From Solirubrobacteraceae bacterium (GTDB lineage Bacteria > Actinomycetota > Thermoleophilia > Solirubrobacterales > Solirubrobacteraceae), in the NCBI GenBank assembly GCA_035515315.1, contig DATJBO010000072.1, positions 1 to 59,031 on the forward strand: a DNA stretch of 59,031 nucleotides, given 5' to 3'. Within the stretch, counting starts at the first letter, position 1, and every line of letters starts with the position of its first letter. Positions 1 to 9,329 of this stretch are shown here, in pieces. Position numbers and translations under genes: made by a program. Under the pieces are notes generated by a model. It was not told the origin of the DNA and ran no database searches. It saw nothing but the letters and a program-made list of their open reading frames with translations.

Positions 1-540
1 GACGTGGCGATCGTCTTCACCGACCTCGCCGGCTTCTCCAGCTGGGCGCTTCAGGCGGGGGACGACCCAGCGATCGCACTTCTGCGGGATGTCGCTGATG
101 CGATCGAGCCGCCGATCCTTGCGCGCAGGGGCGAGATCGTAAAGCGGCTCGGAGACGGGTTGATGGCAGCCTTCTGGGACGCTCCCAGCGCCGCCGAGGC
201 GGCGTTCGAGGCGCACGAGCGCGTGTCGTCGCTCGAAGCCGTGAGCTACGTCCCCTGCCTCAGGACTGGTATCCACCTCGGTCGTCCGCGGAAGATCGGC
301 GGAGACTATCTCGGAGTCGACGTCAACATCGCCGCACGTCTGGCCGAAGCTGCCGGAACAGGCGAGGTGCTGGTGTCAGATCGCACGCTGGGCGCGCTCG
401 TGGGCACCAGCGTCAGCACACAAGAGCGTCGGCTCGGCGCGAAGGGTGCACCCGCCGACCTCGTTGCGCACGTCGTGGTACCCACGCGCGGCGGACCACC
501 GCGGCCGCCCACCGGGGACCACAAGGCCCCGCCACGCTGA
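1..540 (+). CDS. Class III adenylate/guanylate cyclase domain protein (probably 5'-truncated by the window edge)
   Basis: IVFTDLAGFS, VKRLGDGLMA, GIHLG, GDYLGVDVNIAARL motifs; K and D specificity residues point to ATP; frame is open to position 1. Confidence 0.9.
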   Translation, partial: DVAIVFTDLAGFSSWALQAGDDPAIALLRDVADAIEPPILARRGEIVKRLGDGLMAAFWDAPSAAEAAFEAHERVSSLEAVSYVPCLRTGIHLGRPRKIGGDYLGVDVNIAARLAEAAGTGEVLVSDRTLGALVGTSVSTQERRLGAKGAPADLVAHVVVPTRGGPPRPPTGDHKAPPR

Positions 541-543
541 ACA

Positions 544-562
544 GCCGGTGCTCCGCACCGGC
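544..562 (+). terminator. GC-rich hairpin just after the cyclase stop (possible terminator, no U-tract)
   Basis: GCCGGTGC-TCC-GCACCGGC perfect inverted repeat. Confidence 0.4.
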
Positions 563-781
563 ACCGCTCCAAGTCAGTCGATCCCCGACGCGGCGTTGTG
601 GTCCTAGACGGTGGAAGGCTCGCGACCCCTCGCTCACCCTCCGGAAAGCCCCGTAAGGACGCGACGCTTGCCTTGCCTGGGGCCGTAATACCGTGCGGGC
701 ACCGGCTGCTCGATCGTCGCCCGGTGTGCGCACGGCGTACCCTCCGTGGTTCAGCCAACAGCGTCGAGGATCGGGGGAGGC

Positions 782-1534
782 ATGGGGCATGGACTCTGCA
801 GGACGAGCGTGGTGGCGGTCGCGTCGAGTTTGACGCTCGCTGTCAGTCCCGGCGTGGCGGGGGCGAAGCATCATCGCGCTGGACATCGGCATCGCTCGGC
901 GCATCCGGCAGCCGAAACGACACAGGCATACCTTCGGGTGCCTGCGCAAGCAAAAAAGACCATCGACGAACTCAACTTGGAAGTCGAGTACAAGGCATTC
1001 ACGATGACGCTCCCCGGCAACCAGACGTTCGCCGGGTCGTGGACACCGGATGGTCGAAACCATCGCTATGCGGGGGAAACCACCGGCAGCGCGAGCCATC
1101 GGCCTCACGAGCTCTACATGGAAAAGGGCAACCTCGAACTCCCGCTCACGGGCCCGGGCGGTAAGACGGCGACGTTCGAAGCCGACCCTGTCATCAACGC
1201 GATCCGGGCCGACCGGCACCAGGGCTTGGACCTCTACCTGATGGCGAGAGGCCAGCTCGAAATCCGCGCTGCACTGCACCAGATCGTGTTCGCGTTCCAG
1301 AGCGAAGCCTATGGTGGGGGGCAGCCCTGCTACTACGCCGCCAAGAAGCTGAAGGGCACGTATTCGTATGTCCCCGGTGGGGAAACGGTGTTGGAACCGG
1401 TGGTTTCGGCGCGAATGTCCCTATTCGATGAAGCGGAATCGCACTTCGAACTCTGTCCGGCCTCGGTGGTGGTGAAGGCCACGCTGATCGCGGAGAACGC
1501 CCCGGGCGAACCGGTCACCGTCGTATACCCGTGA
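782..1534 (+). CDS. Hypothetical secreted protein
   Basis: GGGGGAGG just before ATG 782; signal-peptide-like N-terminus ending VAGA, then His/Arg-rich stretch; one Cys pair in the mature part. Confidence 0.65.
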   Translation: MGHGLCRTSVVAVASSLTLAVSPGVAGAKHHRAGHRHRSAHPAAETTQAYLRVPAQAKKTIDELNLEVEYKAFTMTLPGNQTFAGSWTPDGRNHRYAGETTGSASHRPHELYMEKGNLELPLTGPGGKTATFEADPVINAIRADRHQGLDLYLMARGQLEIRAALHQIVFAFQSEAYGGGQPCYYAAKKLKGTYSYVPGGETVLEPVVSARMSLFDEAESHFELCPASVVVKATLIAENAPGEPVTVVYP

Positions 1535-1600
1535 GCGCAAGAGGGTTGGAGGACTGAAGGACGGCCCAGCCGCTTGGCGCGGAGGCGAGCAGCCGTCGCG

Positions 1601-4504
1601 CTAGTGCAGGACGAACGCCTTCGTCGCCGCCACGCCGGGGCGTCCGTTGACCTTGAACGAGCCCTTCGCGCTCAGTTTCAGCCGCCGTGCGCGTGCGATC
1701 AGCGCTTTGCCCTTCGGGGTGAGCGTGAGCGTCACCGCCAGCCTGCCGGCATGTTTGGCGACGGCGTGGCCGGCGGCGACCAGGACAGGCTTTGGATGCT
1801 TGGCGGTGCTCACGTGGGCACCCTTCGGCACCAGATACCACGAGATCGTGAGTTCGCCTGCCGCGGGGGCATTGAACGACAGCACGTAGCGGCCATGCTT
1901 ACGGACGCTTGCGATGCGCGCCCCCTTGCCTGTCGGGGCCAGGACGCCGATCAGCGCCTGGAGGACCTGCTGGACGCTCGGGGAGGGGCTCGCCGTCGAC
2001 AGCACGCCTCCTTGGCCCGATTGCGTCTTCGCTTGTGAGCCGCCACCGGGTTGCGAGCTGCCACCGGGTTGCGAGCCGCCACCGGGTTGCGAGCCGCCAC
2101 CCGGTTCTGAGCCTCCCGGCACGACGAGCGTCGGGGGCGAGACCGCCGGGGCACCGGCGCCGTATTCGTTGGACGCCGTCTCGACGATCCGCAGGGTGTG
2201 TCCGGCGTCCGCGCTCGTGATCGTGTAACGGCGGCCCGTCGCACCGGCGATCGCCGCACAGCTGCGGCCGCTCGCGTCGCAGCGGAGCCACTGATAGCCG
2301 AAGGCGATCGGTCCGTTCAACCACTGCCCCACCGCGTCCCCGAGCGTGCGACCCACTTCCGCGAGGCCGAACGGGTACGGGGCAAATCCGGCAACCGGGG
2401 TCGGGGCGAGCTGAAGCTGACCGTCGATTTCGCTCGTGGTCTGTCCTTCCGCGACACCGATGGGCGAGGCGTCTTCGAGCGCCGCGGCTCCGTTGTAGTA
2501 ATCGTCCGCAAACGGCGTGTCGCCGAAGTCTGCACCGAGGAAACCCACCCGGTCGGCGGTTGCGGGGGCCAGGCCACCGAGCGAGTAGCGTCCGTCCGCT
2601 CCCGTCTCCGCGCAGGATTCGCTGTATTCCTTGCCCTGTTCGTAGACGCACACCTCCGCGTCATGAACCGGTTCGCCTGTCGATTTGTCGAGGACCGTGC
2701 CTTCGATCGACCCACCGGGGCGCAGGGCGGCATTCACTTCGCTGGTCGTCTGCCCGGCGACGACGCCGACCGGGTCCGCTTCTGCATAGCTCGCCTTACC
2801 GGAGAACAGCTGCGGAGCGAGGTCGGCGAACGGGTCGCCTTCGAATCGCACCTTGTACTGGCCCGTCGCGAGCCCGACCATCGTGAACGTGCCGTTGGAT
2901 CCACTGCTGGCGCATGTGACGAATTCTTCGCCTTCGACGGTGTAGGCGCATATCTCGTCGTCTTCGACCGGCGCACCTCCTTGTGCAGAGGTGACTGTGC
3001 CACTGATCTTGCCGCCGAGGTGAAGTTCGGCGTTCACGTTCGTGATGTTGGAGTTGAGACCGACCGTGACACCGTCGGCGGACCCGAAGAGCGTCCTGCC
3101 GTTGTAGAACTGTTCGCTGTATTCCGTGCCACGCGTGTCGAAGCTGACGATGTACGTGCCGGGCGGCAGGTGTTCGATCGACCAGTCGCCGTTCGAGTTC
3201 GTTTCGACGCAGGAGAACAGGAGAAACCGTTCTTTTTCCGGGTCTTGGCCGCAGACCTCGATTTCCTTCACGCCGAGTTTCGTGCTCGCGCTGGTGACTC
3301 GCCCGGATATCCGTCCTCCGGTCCCGAGTGTGAAGTCGATGCTCTTGACGGTGCTCCCCGACGAGACGGCCACGTAGTCGGCGTCCCTGAGTTCGAAGGC
3401 GCCGCTGTAGAGCTGCGGCACGTAAACGTCGAAGACTTCGGCCGCCACGGCGTACGAGCCCGCCGCCAGGCCTTCGAACCGGTATTCGCCGGCGGGGTTG
3501 GTGTACACACAGGGAGCCACAAAGAAGTCGCTCGGGAGCTCGACACACACATAGGCTTCGTTGACTGGAGCTTTGCTCGAAGCGTCTCGCACCTCGCCCT
3601 CGATCGTCCCGCCGACCGGTACGTGCGCGTCGGCTACGGAATTGTCTGTCCCGCCGATCACGTGCACGTGCGTGGCGGCCCCGATCCTGCTGGCGCCGCC
3701 GAACCACTCAAGTGCGTATGGGGTAGCGGGATCGATTTCGAGGACGTAAACCCCGCCTGCGAGGTTGTTGATCGTGTATTTGCCCTGCACGTCGGTTTCG
3801 GCGCAGAGGCTGCCAAGGAAAAAGTTGAGGTCGTCGAGCTCGCGAGCGCAGACGGTGCCGCTCAACGGTATCCCTTTGTCGCCCGTCAGGAGACGACCGC
3901 TGATCTGTGCTCCGGGCGTGAGTGCCGCGTCGATGTCTTCGGCCGTCTTGCCTTCGAGGACCTTGACCGGATCGGCTTCGCTGGCCAGCGCATGCCCGTC
4001 GTAGTACTGCGGCGCGAAGTTGATTTCGCTGCCGCTGGCGCGGAAGGAGACGATCCAGTCGCCGGGCTCGAGGTCGTCGATTTTGTAATCACCCGTTTTG
4101 TCCGTGGTCGCGCACTCAGTGGCGTGGTCGAACGTTGTGTTCAGTTCGGCGCACACCCTGATCTGTTCCAGGGGAGTGCCGCCGGCCGCGGCGGTGACTC
4201 GGCCGGTGATCGAGCCGTCCGCGAGGATCAGGGCGGACGCCAGGGGGGTGGCGAAGCCGCCGATTCGGCTCTCGCTGCGGACCGGGCCGGCGCAAGCGGG
4301 GCGGCGTAGCGTCTGAGCGCGAACGCAGGTCTGCCCGCCCGGGTTGCGAGATCCGGGCGCAACGGCGCGCATCGAGTCCGGGCCGAGGGCCGCCTGAGCG
4401 GGAGGCGACGAGAACGCGGCGATCAGCGCCGCCATCGATGTGAGCACGATCACCGCGCTCCACCTGCCGTGTCTCCCCTGCTCGCGAACATCCCTGTCGG
4501 CCAT
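1601..4504 (-). CDS. Large secreted/surface protein with six carboxypeptidase-regulatory-like beta-sandwich repeats, an Ig-like domain and a basic C-terminal domain
   Basis: Signal peptide ending AQA; six ~100-aa repeats starting GxI(S/T/E)G, each with a Cys pair; YQWLRCDASGRSC domain; PGGGSQ linker; start moved to ATG 4504 after GGGGGA. Confidence 0.85.
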   Translation of the reverse strand: MADRDVREQGRHGRWSAVIVLTSMAALIAAFSSPPAQAALGPDSMRAVAPGSRNPGGQTCVRAQTLRRPACAGPVRSESRIGGFATPLASALILADGSITGRVTAAAGGTPLEQIRVCAELNTTFDHATECATTDKTGDYKIDDLEPGDWIVSFRASGSEINFAPQYYDGHALASEADPVKVLEGKTAEDIDAALTPGAQISGRLLTGDKGIPLSGTVCARELDDLNFFLGSLCAETDVQGKYTINNLAGGVYVLEIDPATPYALEWFGGASRIGAATHVHVIGGTDNSVADAHVPVGGTIEGEVRDASSKAPVNEAYVCVELPSDFFVAPCVYTNPAGEYRFEGLAAGSYAVAAEVFDVYVPQLYSGAFELRDADYVAVSSGSTVKSIDFTLGTGGRISGRVTSASTKLGVKEIEVCGQDPEKERFLLFSCVETNSNGDWSIEHLPPGTYIVSFDTRGTEYSEQFYNGRTLFGSADGVTVGLNSNITNVNAELHLGGKISGTVTSAQGGAPVEDDEICAYTVEGEEFVTCASSGSNGTFTMVGLATGQYKVRFEGDPFADLAPQLFSGKASYAEADPVGVVAGQTTSEVNAALRPGGSIEGTVLDKSTGEPVHDAEVCVYEQGKEYSESCAETGADGRYSLGGLAPATADRVGFLGADFGDTPFADDYYNGAAALEDASPIGVAEGQTTSEIDGQLQLAPTPVAGFAPYPFGLAEVGRTLGDAVGQWLNGPIAFGYQWLRCDASGRSCAAIAGATGRRYTITSADAGHTLRIVETASNEYGAGAPAVSPPTLVVPGGSEPGGGSQPGGGSQPGGSSQPGGGSQAKTQSGQGGVLSTASPSPSVQQVLQALIGVLAPTGKGARIASVRKHGRYVLSFNAPAAGELTISWYLVPKGAHVSTAKHPKPVLVAAGHAVAKHAGRLAVTLTLTPKGKALIARARRLKLSAKGSFKVNGRPGVAATKAFVLH
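2037..2108. repeat. 18-bp coding tandem repeat (4 copies) encoding a PGGGSQ linker
   Basis: GAGCCGCCACCGGGTTGC units at 2037, 2055, 2073 and 2091. Confidence 0.9.
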
Positions 4505-4547
4505 CCGTCCCCCAGGTCGGAAGCGCCCCGCTAAATCGGAGCTAGCG

Positions 4548-4576
4548 ACTTTACAAGAGTTCGACAGTCCGGGCAA
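4548..4576 (-). promoter_or_regulatory. Sigma70-type promoter for the surface-protein gene
   Basis: Minus strand TTGCCC-17 nt-TAAAGT. Confidence 0.55.
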
Positions 4577-4864
4577 GGCCCGGATCGAACCGCGGAGTTC
4601 GGCCGAGCGCTCAGATCGACGACTCCGGAGCTGCGATCCACGTGGCGCTGGGGCGTGTCGGCCGCGTCACGGCGCACGCAACCGACCACGTACGCCTCTC
4701 CGATCGCGATCAGGGGTTGACGCGAGTTCTCAGGTGACGCGATGCGGCGGCCCGACCGCGAGGGCGGGCCGCCGACGTAGTGAGTGGGTGCGGGCCGCCG
4801 CCGCTCCTTCATCAGAACGGCGGCGGCCGTCGCGTTCTCCTCGCCCGAGACCCTCGGCGGGGCT

Positions 4865-6379
4865 CTACTTGCTGCACAGCGGGTTCTTCGGCACCCCCTG
4901 GCACGGGTTCGGCATTGTCGGCTGTGGCGGCGGGGCCGGCTGGCCTTCCGGCGACCGCGCTTCCGATTCTGCTTTCAGCTGCAGCAGGTATTCGACCGAT
5001 TCGGGCAGTTCCTCCGGCCCGAAGCCGCCGAACCCGGGGATCGGCGTCGTCTTGTTCTTGCAGCCCCACGTGCCTTCGATGTGCGCGGGGAAGCTGCCGT
5101 CGGGCAGGATGTTGTCGCTGACGCAGTTGTTCACCGAATGCGATTCGGGGCCTCCGAACAGTTCGCTGTATCCACCGGTGAACATCACGTCCTTCGCGAA
5201 CTGGCTGCCCGCGTAGGTCGGGTTGTAGCCGTTGTGGACGAACACGTTGTTGGCGACCTTGTTCCCGGCGACCTGGAAGAAGATCGTTTCCAGCGTCGGC
5301 GGGAATGGGTTCGGGTACTCCAGACCGAGCACGCCGTTGTTGGCGTTTCCGACGATCACGTTGCCTTCGATCAGGTCGGCGTAATCGCCGGGCAGCAGGA
5401 TGCCGCTCCCCCAGCTACCCGCGGGACCTCCCACGGCAGGGGCGCTGAGGTTGTTGTTGTCGACCACGAGGTTGTTGCGCAGGACCGTACAGCGCTTGAT
5501 CTTCGTGGACGAGATGATCGGCGTCGGGTCCGGATGTTCGATGTTTTCCCGCTTGCATTCGCCATCCTGGGGCGGCGGTGGGTCGCTTGGGTTTTCCGAG
5601 TTCGGATTGATGCCGATGGAGTTGTCGCGGAAGATCGAGTCTTCGATCGCGAGCGACCCTCCGGAGTTCGAGCCCGAGTATCCAAGCGCGTTGTTTTCCA
5701 TCGTCGCTTTGACGATCCGTGCCTTGCATTCCTGGCAGGCCCCGAGATACATGCCGGAGTCGTTGAAGCCCGATGCGTAGATGTTTTCCCAGGAACCTTC
5801 GATCTCGTTGGAGGTGAAGATCCCGTAGGCACCGTTCAAACCCGTGTCATATGTCGTCAGGTACGAGCCATACCAGCCGTGCGCCCCGATTTTCCCGGAC
5901 TCGTCACCACCGTTCCACCAGATCTCGTTACCGCAATCTTCGCCTTCGCACGGCCCGTCGAAGTTGCGCACCGTGAGGTTTTCGATCGACACGTCGTTGG
6001 CCCAGCGGACTTCGATCCCGTTGCCAGCGGTGTGCTGTCCGTCGACGATCACCGTGTTGCGGTTCATTCCCCTGATCGAGATCCCGGCGTGGGCGGGACT
6101 GACCTTCACCGCTTCGTGATAGACGCCAGGTTCGATCAGGACGTAGTCGCCGTCCGTAGAGGCGTTGACCGCGGCCTGGATGGTCGTGAAGTAGGCCGTG
6201 TTTTTCGGCGGTGGCCCTTTCGGCGGCGTTTTCGTGACGATGTTGACTTTCCCCTGCGCCGCAACGGCCGTGCTGGCGGCCGCTGCGAAGGCTGCGAGAA
6301 CAAGCACCGCCACGGCCACGAGCCAGAATCGCCTGGTCGCCGTCCGTGGGTGCGCTCGATAGCGACGTGTGGATGACAT
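4865..6379 (-). CDS. Secreted right-handed parallel beta-helix (pectin-lyase-like) protein
   Basis: Signal peptide; TTIQAAVNA..GDYVLIEPGVYHEAV cap motif; Asn-rich stacked repeats; AGAGGGGG RBS before ATG 6379. Confidence 0.85.
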   Translation of the reverse strand: MSSTRRYRAHPRTATRRFWLVAVAVLVLAAFAAAASTAVAAQGKVNIVTKTPPKGPPPKNTAYFTTIQAAVNASTDGDYVLIEPGVYHEAVKVSPAHAGISIRGMNRNTVIVDGQHTAGNGIEVRWANDVSIENLTVRNFDGPCEGEDCGNEIWWNGGDESGKIGAHGWYGSYLTTYDTGLNGAYGIFTSNEIEGSWENIYASGFNDSGMYLGACQECKARIVKATMENNALGYSGSNSGGSLAIEDSIFRDNSIGINPNSENPSDPPPPQDGECKRENIEHPDPTPIISSTKIKRCTVLRNNLVVDNNNLSAPAVGGPAGSWGSGILLPGDYADLIEGNVIVGNANNGVLGLEYPNPFPPTLETIFFQVAGNKVANNVFVHNGYNPTYAGSQFAKDVMFTGGYSELFGGPESHSVNNCVSDNILPDGSFPAHIEGTWGCKNKTTPIPGFGGFGPEELPESVEYLLQLKAESEARSPEGQPAPPPQPTMPNPCQGVPKNPLCSK

Positions 6380-6618
6380 CTGCTCATCCCCCTCTCTTAT
6401 GTCGTCCTGCCCCTCGCGGTCCGCGGGGGCCGATCGTTGACGAGCGTCAGCCCCGCGCACCCGGGGACGGGGCACGGAGCACGCCGCTCGCGCTGTGCGC
6501 CCGACGGCCCGGATCGCGCGAAACCGGCTCCGCGGGGACTGCCCGGCCGAGTCTATACCGCAGCGGCCACGGTGTGTATAAATCTCGCTACGGAAGCGCC
6601 GGAGCCGGCAGGTAGGCG

Positions 6619-7014
6619 ATGTCGCCGAACAACATCGAGATCGTCCGCGAGATGTAGGAAGCGTTCAACCGCGGCGACTTCGCGCTCGCGCGGGGATGCT
6701 TCATCCCGACGCCGAGCTCCACCAGCCACCCGAGACTCCCGATCCGGCCTCCTCCTACGGTCGGGATGACTGGGAACGGGGCCTCGCGATCTGGCTGACC
6801 GAGTGGCAGCAGCCGCGGTTCGAGCCACTGGAGGTCGATCACGCCGGGGCCGGCGTGATCATGCGGCGTCCGTTTGGTGGGTACGGGGAAGGCGAGTGGC
6901 GCACTGGTGGCTAGTTCTTCCACGCCCGGACACTTCGAGTCGGCAAGCCGCACACGTGTGTCGTGCGCACCTCGCGAGCGGACGCTCTGAGAGATTCCGG
7001 GATTGCAGGAGTAG
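6619..7014 (+). pseudogene. Degraded SnoaL-like (NTF2 family) gene
   Basis: Reads MSPNNIEIVREM*EAFNRGDF / MLHPDAELHQPP..WLTEW / VRLVGTGKASGA / FFH..LRVGK..SRADAL across an in-frame TAG (6655) and several frameshifts. Confidence 0.75.
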
Positions 7015-7075
7015 GCCGTCTGCTCTGGTCCCCGTGCGAGCTGGATGGTGCTCGCGATGTCGGTCTCGGGCCGGT

Positions 7076-9028
7076 CTACGGGATGATGTGTTCGACGGTT
7101 TCGACCACGCCGCCGACGGTTTCTTTGAGACCTTTGCCTTCTTTCGCTTTCTTTTCTTCGGAGGCGGACTTGCCTCCTTTCGTTTCTTTTTCTTCTTTTG
7201 CCTTCTTTTCTTCTTTTGCCTTCTGTTCTTCTTCTTTCGCTTTCCGTTTTTCTTCTTTCGCTTTTTGTTGTTCTTCTTGTTCTTTTGCCTTTTGCTTTTC
7301 TTCCTTAGCTTTCTTCTCTTCTTCTTCCTTGGCCTTCTTTTCTTCTTTCGTCGTGTTGCCCTCTTTGGACCCGCCGCCTTCTTTCGAGCCGCCGCCTTCT
7401 TTCGAGGCGCCGCCTTCTTTCGAACCTCCGCCGGCTTTCGAGCCGCTGCCTTCCTTCGGCGTGGTGGGGGCCTTGGGGGCTCCCGACGACGTGGTTTCCC
7501 CGTGCGAGGTCGACGAACTCTGATCGCCGGAGCCTGAAGAGTCGCCCGCTTTCTGCGTCCCTTCGTGAGCAGATTGACCGTCGTTGGCACCGCCTTCGGA
7601 TGCCACTTCCGGCCCCCTTGTTTGCGAGCTCTGAGGCCCGCTCGCGGACTCCACCGTGCTCGCCGGTCCGCCGCCCGATCCCGGGCCGGTGCCTGAGGAC
7701 CCGGTGCCGGCGGCGCCGTCGGGCCGGCTGGCCGGCTTGTGGGCCGCGCCGGGATGCACGGGCGCGCGGGCAGACGCGAGGTACGCATAGCTCGCTGCCG
7801 TTGGACCATGGGTGCCGACCGCGGCGATGCCCGCGTGGATGCCCCTGTGATCCGACCTGCTCGTCCCATGGTGGGGTTGCACCGCCGCCGTGGCTCCCAC
7901 GGCCGCCGCCGCCGCCACCGCGGCCACCTGTGCAGCGGAGGCCGCGCTAGCGGCTCCCGCGCCCAGCCACGAGAACACCTGCGAGGGCAGGCTCGTGAAT
8001 GACGCCCACATAGCGAGCGGACGACGGCCCGAGTAGATCGCGCAGAACGCTTTCACGACGGACGGGTCGAGCTGCGTGCCGGCCTCGTACTTGAGGATGT
8101 CGAGCGCCTTCTTGTGCGCGCGGGCCGCACGATAGGGGCGGGCAGAGGTGATCGCGTCGAACGTGTCGGCGACGGAGATGATCCTTGCGCCGATCGGTAT
8201 CTCGTTGCCGACGAGCCGGTCGGGATAGCCGGTGCCGTCGAGACGCTCGTGGTGGTGGCGCACGATCGAGACCAGCTCCTCGTCGCCCAGCGCGTTCACC
8301 ATCTCGGCCCCGTCCACGGGGTGGCGCTTGATGATGTCGAACTCCTCGTCGGTCAGCCGCCCCGGCTTGCGCAGGATCGACACCGGCGTGTAGACCTTCC
8401 CCACGTCGTGAACGGCTGCGGCGGTCCTCACGCGGGCCACCGTGTCGCTGTCGAGGCCCATCCGCCTGGCGATCATCCAGCAGTGGCGGGCGACCCGACG
8501 GGAGTGACCGTGGGTATACGGGTCGGTGGCCTCGAGGGCGGCGCTGAGCTTCTCGAGCGCCTCCGCCTGCACCCCAGTCGACCGGTTGCCGTCGTGCTGG
8601 CCGTGCGTCTCGGCCAGGGAGCCGAGGACCGCCCGCGCCGAGGAGAGTCGCCGCTCGCTGATGCAGTGACGGATGAACCCCCACGGCAGCAGCTCCCCGA
8701 ACAGCAGGTCTCCGGGGCTGGCGCGTTTTTCCCAGTAGGCGGTCCCCAGCCGGGAAGCCGCCAGCGTCACGACAAGTGCGACCAGGAGGGTGAGCACGGG
8801 AGAGCCGATCACGCCCTCGCTCCGGAGCCACCACACGAATGCGGTCGGCAGGACCGCAACAAGAAGGGTCGCGCCCACGACCCATCTGGCGTATCGCCCA
8901 AACTCGACACGGCCGGGGCGGTTCGCGGGCGCCTCCAAGACGGCAGCCAGATCTGCCTCGCGCGATTCGTCACCGGCCGCGTGGGCCTGTGACGTGCTAC
9001 TCAACTCACTCTCACGCAAAGCTTTCAC
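7076..9028 (-). CDS. Membrane-anchored HD-GYP phosphodiesterase with Gly/Ser linker and Lys/Glu-rich tail
   Basis: HSRRV, HDVGK, HHHERLDGTGYP, VADTFDAITSARPYR motifs; two N-terminal TMs; GTG 9028 follows AAGGAAGG. Confidence 0.9.
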   Translation of the reverse strand: MKALRESELSSTSQAHAAGDESREADLAAVLEAPANRPGRVEFGRYARWVVGATLLVAVLPTAFVWWLRSEGVIGSPVLTLLVALVVTLAASRLGTAYWEKRASPGDLLFGELLPWGFIRHCISERRLSSARAVLGSLAETHGQHDGNRSTGVQAEALEKLSAALEATDPYTHGHSRRVARHCWMIARRMGLDSDTVARVRTAAAVHDVGKVYTPVSILRKPGRLTDEEFDIIKRHPVDGAEMVNALGDEELVSIVRHHHERLDGTGYPDRLVGNEIPIGARIISVADTFDAITSARPYRAARAHKKALDILKYEAGTQLDPSVVKAFCAIYSGRRPLAMWASFTSLPSQVFSWLGAGAASAASAAQVAAVAAAAAVGATAAVQPHHGTSRSDHRGIHAGIAAVGTHGPTAASYAYLASARAPVHPGAAHKPASRPDGAAGTGSSGTGPGSGGGPASTVESASGPQSSQTRGPEVASEGGANDGQSAHEGTQKAGDSSGSGDQSSSTSHGETTSSGAPKAPTTPKEGSGSKAGGGSKEGGASKEGGGSKEGGGSKEGNTTKEEKKAKEEEEKKAKEEKQKAKEQEEQQKAKEEKRKAKEEEQKAKEEKKAKEEKETKGGKSASEEKKAKEGKGLKETVGGVVETVEHIIP

Positions 9029-9050
9029 TGGGCTACCTTCCTTGGAGTGG

Positions 9051-9127
9051 GCTGGCGGCCGAGCTGTCTCGCCGGGCGAGACCTCTAGCTTTGCGTCCCC
9101 GCCTCGCGACGGGTTTGCCATGAGCAG
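9051..9127 (-). ncRNA. c-di-GMP-I (GEMM-I) riboswitch
   Basis: Minus strand GGCAAACCCGTC-GCGA-GGCGGGGACGCAAAGC..GTCTCGC-CCG-GCGAGAC..GGCCGCCAG matches the GEMM-I core (GGCAAAC, GNRA-capped P2, GACGCAAAGC, P3); ends just before the SD. Confidence 0.9.
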
Positions 9128-9244
9128 CGCGTGGATTTTGTGGCCTCTGGCTCGACAGCCGGCAGCCGCACCTTGAGCCGGACCCCTGTGGCTGGACGTC
9201 TGGCGGGGCGCCGTGCGGCGGCCCACGCGCCTCCGCCGGGCCCC

Positions 9245-9280
9245 GGATCGGTCCCTGCATCGGGATCGGGTCCTGCATCG
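9245..9280. repeat. 18-bp intergenic tandem duplication
   Basis: GGATCGGTCCCTGCATCG / GGATCGGGTCCTGCATCG. Confidence 0.7.
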
Positions 9281-9294
9281 CGTCTTGCACCCCC

Positions 9295-9323
9295 TTGAAA
9301 GATCTTTTTGGCATGCCTAAACT
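9295..9323 (+). promoter_or_regulatory. Leaderless promoter of mntR-mntH with overlapping MntR/DtxR-family operator
   Basis: TTGAAA-17 nt-TAAACT, 6 nt before ATG 9330; palindrome TTTTGGCA|TGCCTAAA (9306-9321, one mismatch). Confidence 0.8.
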
Positions 9324-9329
9324 TGCCTC

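Noticed and set aside
691-735. Stem-loop CCGTGCG..CACCGG / CCGGTG..CGCACGG upstream of the secreted protein
   Set aside because: No recognisable RNA family and plausible by chance at this GC content
6655-6657. TAG as a pyrrolysine or readthrough codon
   Set aside because: The same gene has several frameshifts and no pyl machinery is visible; decay is simpler
1-7000. Genomic island suggested by apparently lower GC
   Set aside because: No integrase, tRNA, att repeats or transposase; composition is explainable by secreted-protein amino acid bias, and GC was not computed
6859-7869. Lys/Arg-rich histone-like ORF and Phe-rich antisense ORFs
   Set aside because: Alternate frames of the KEE-repeat tail of the HD-GYP gene
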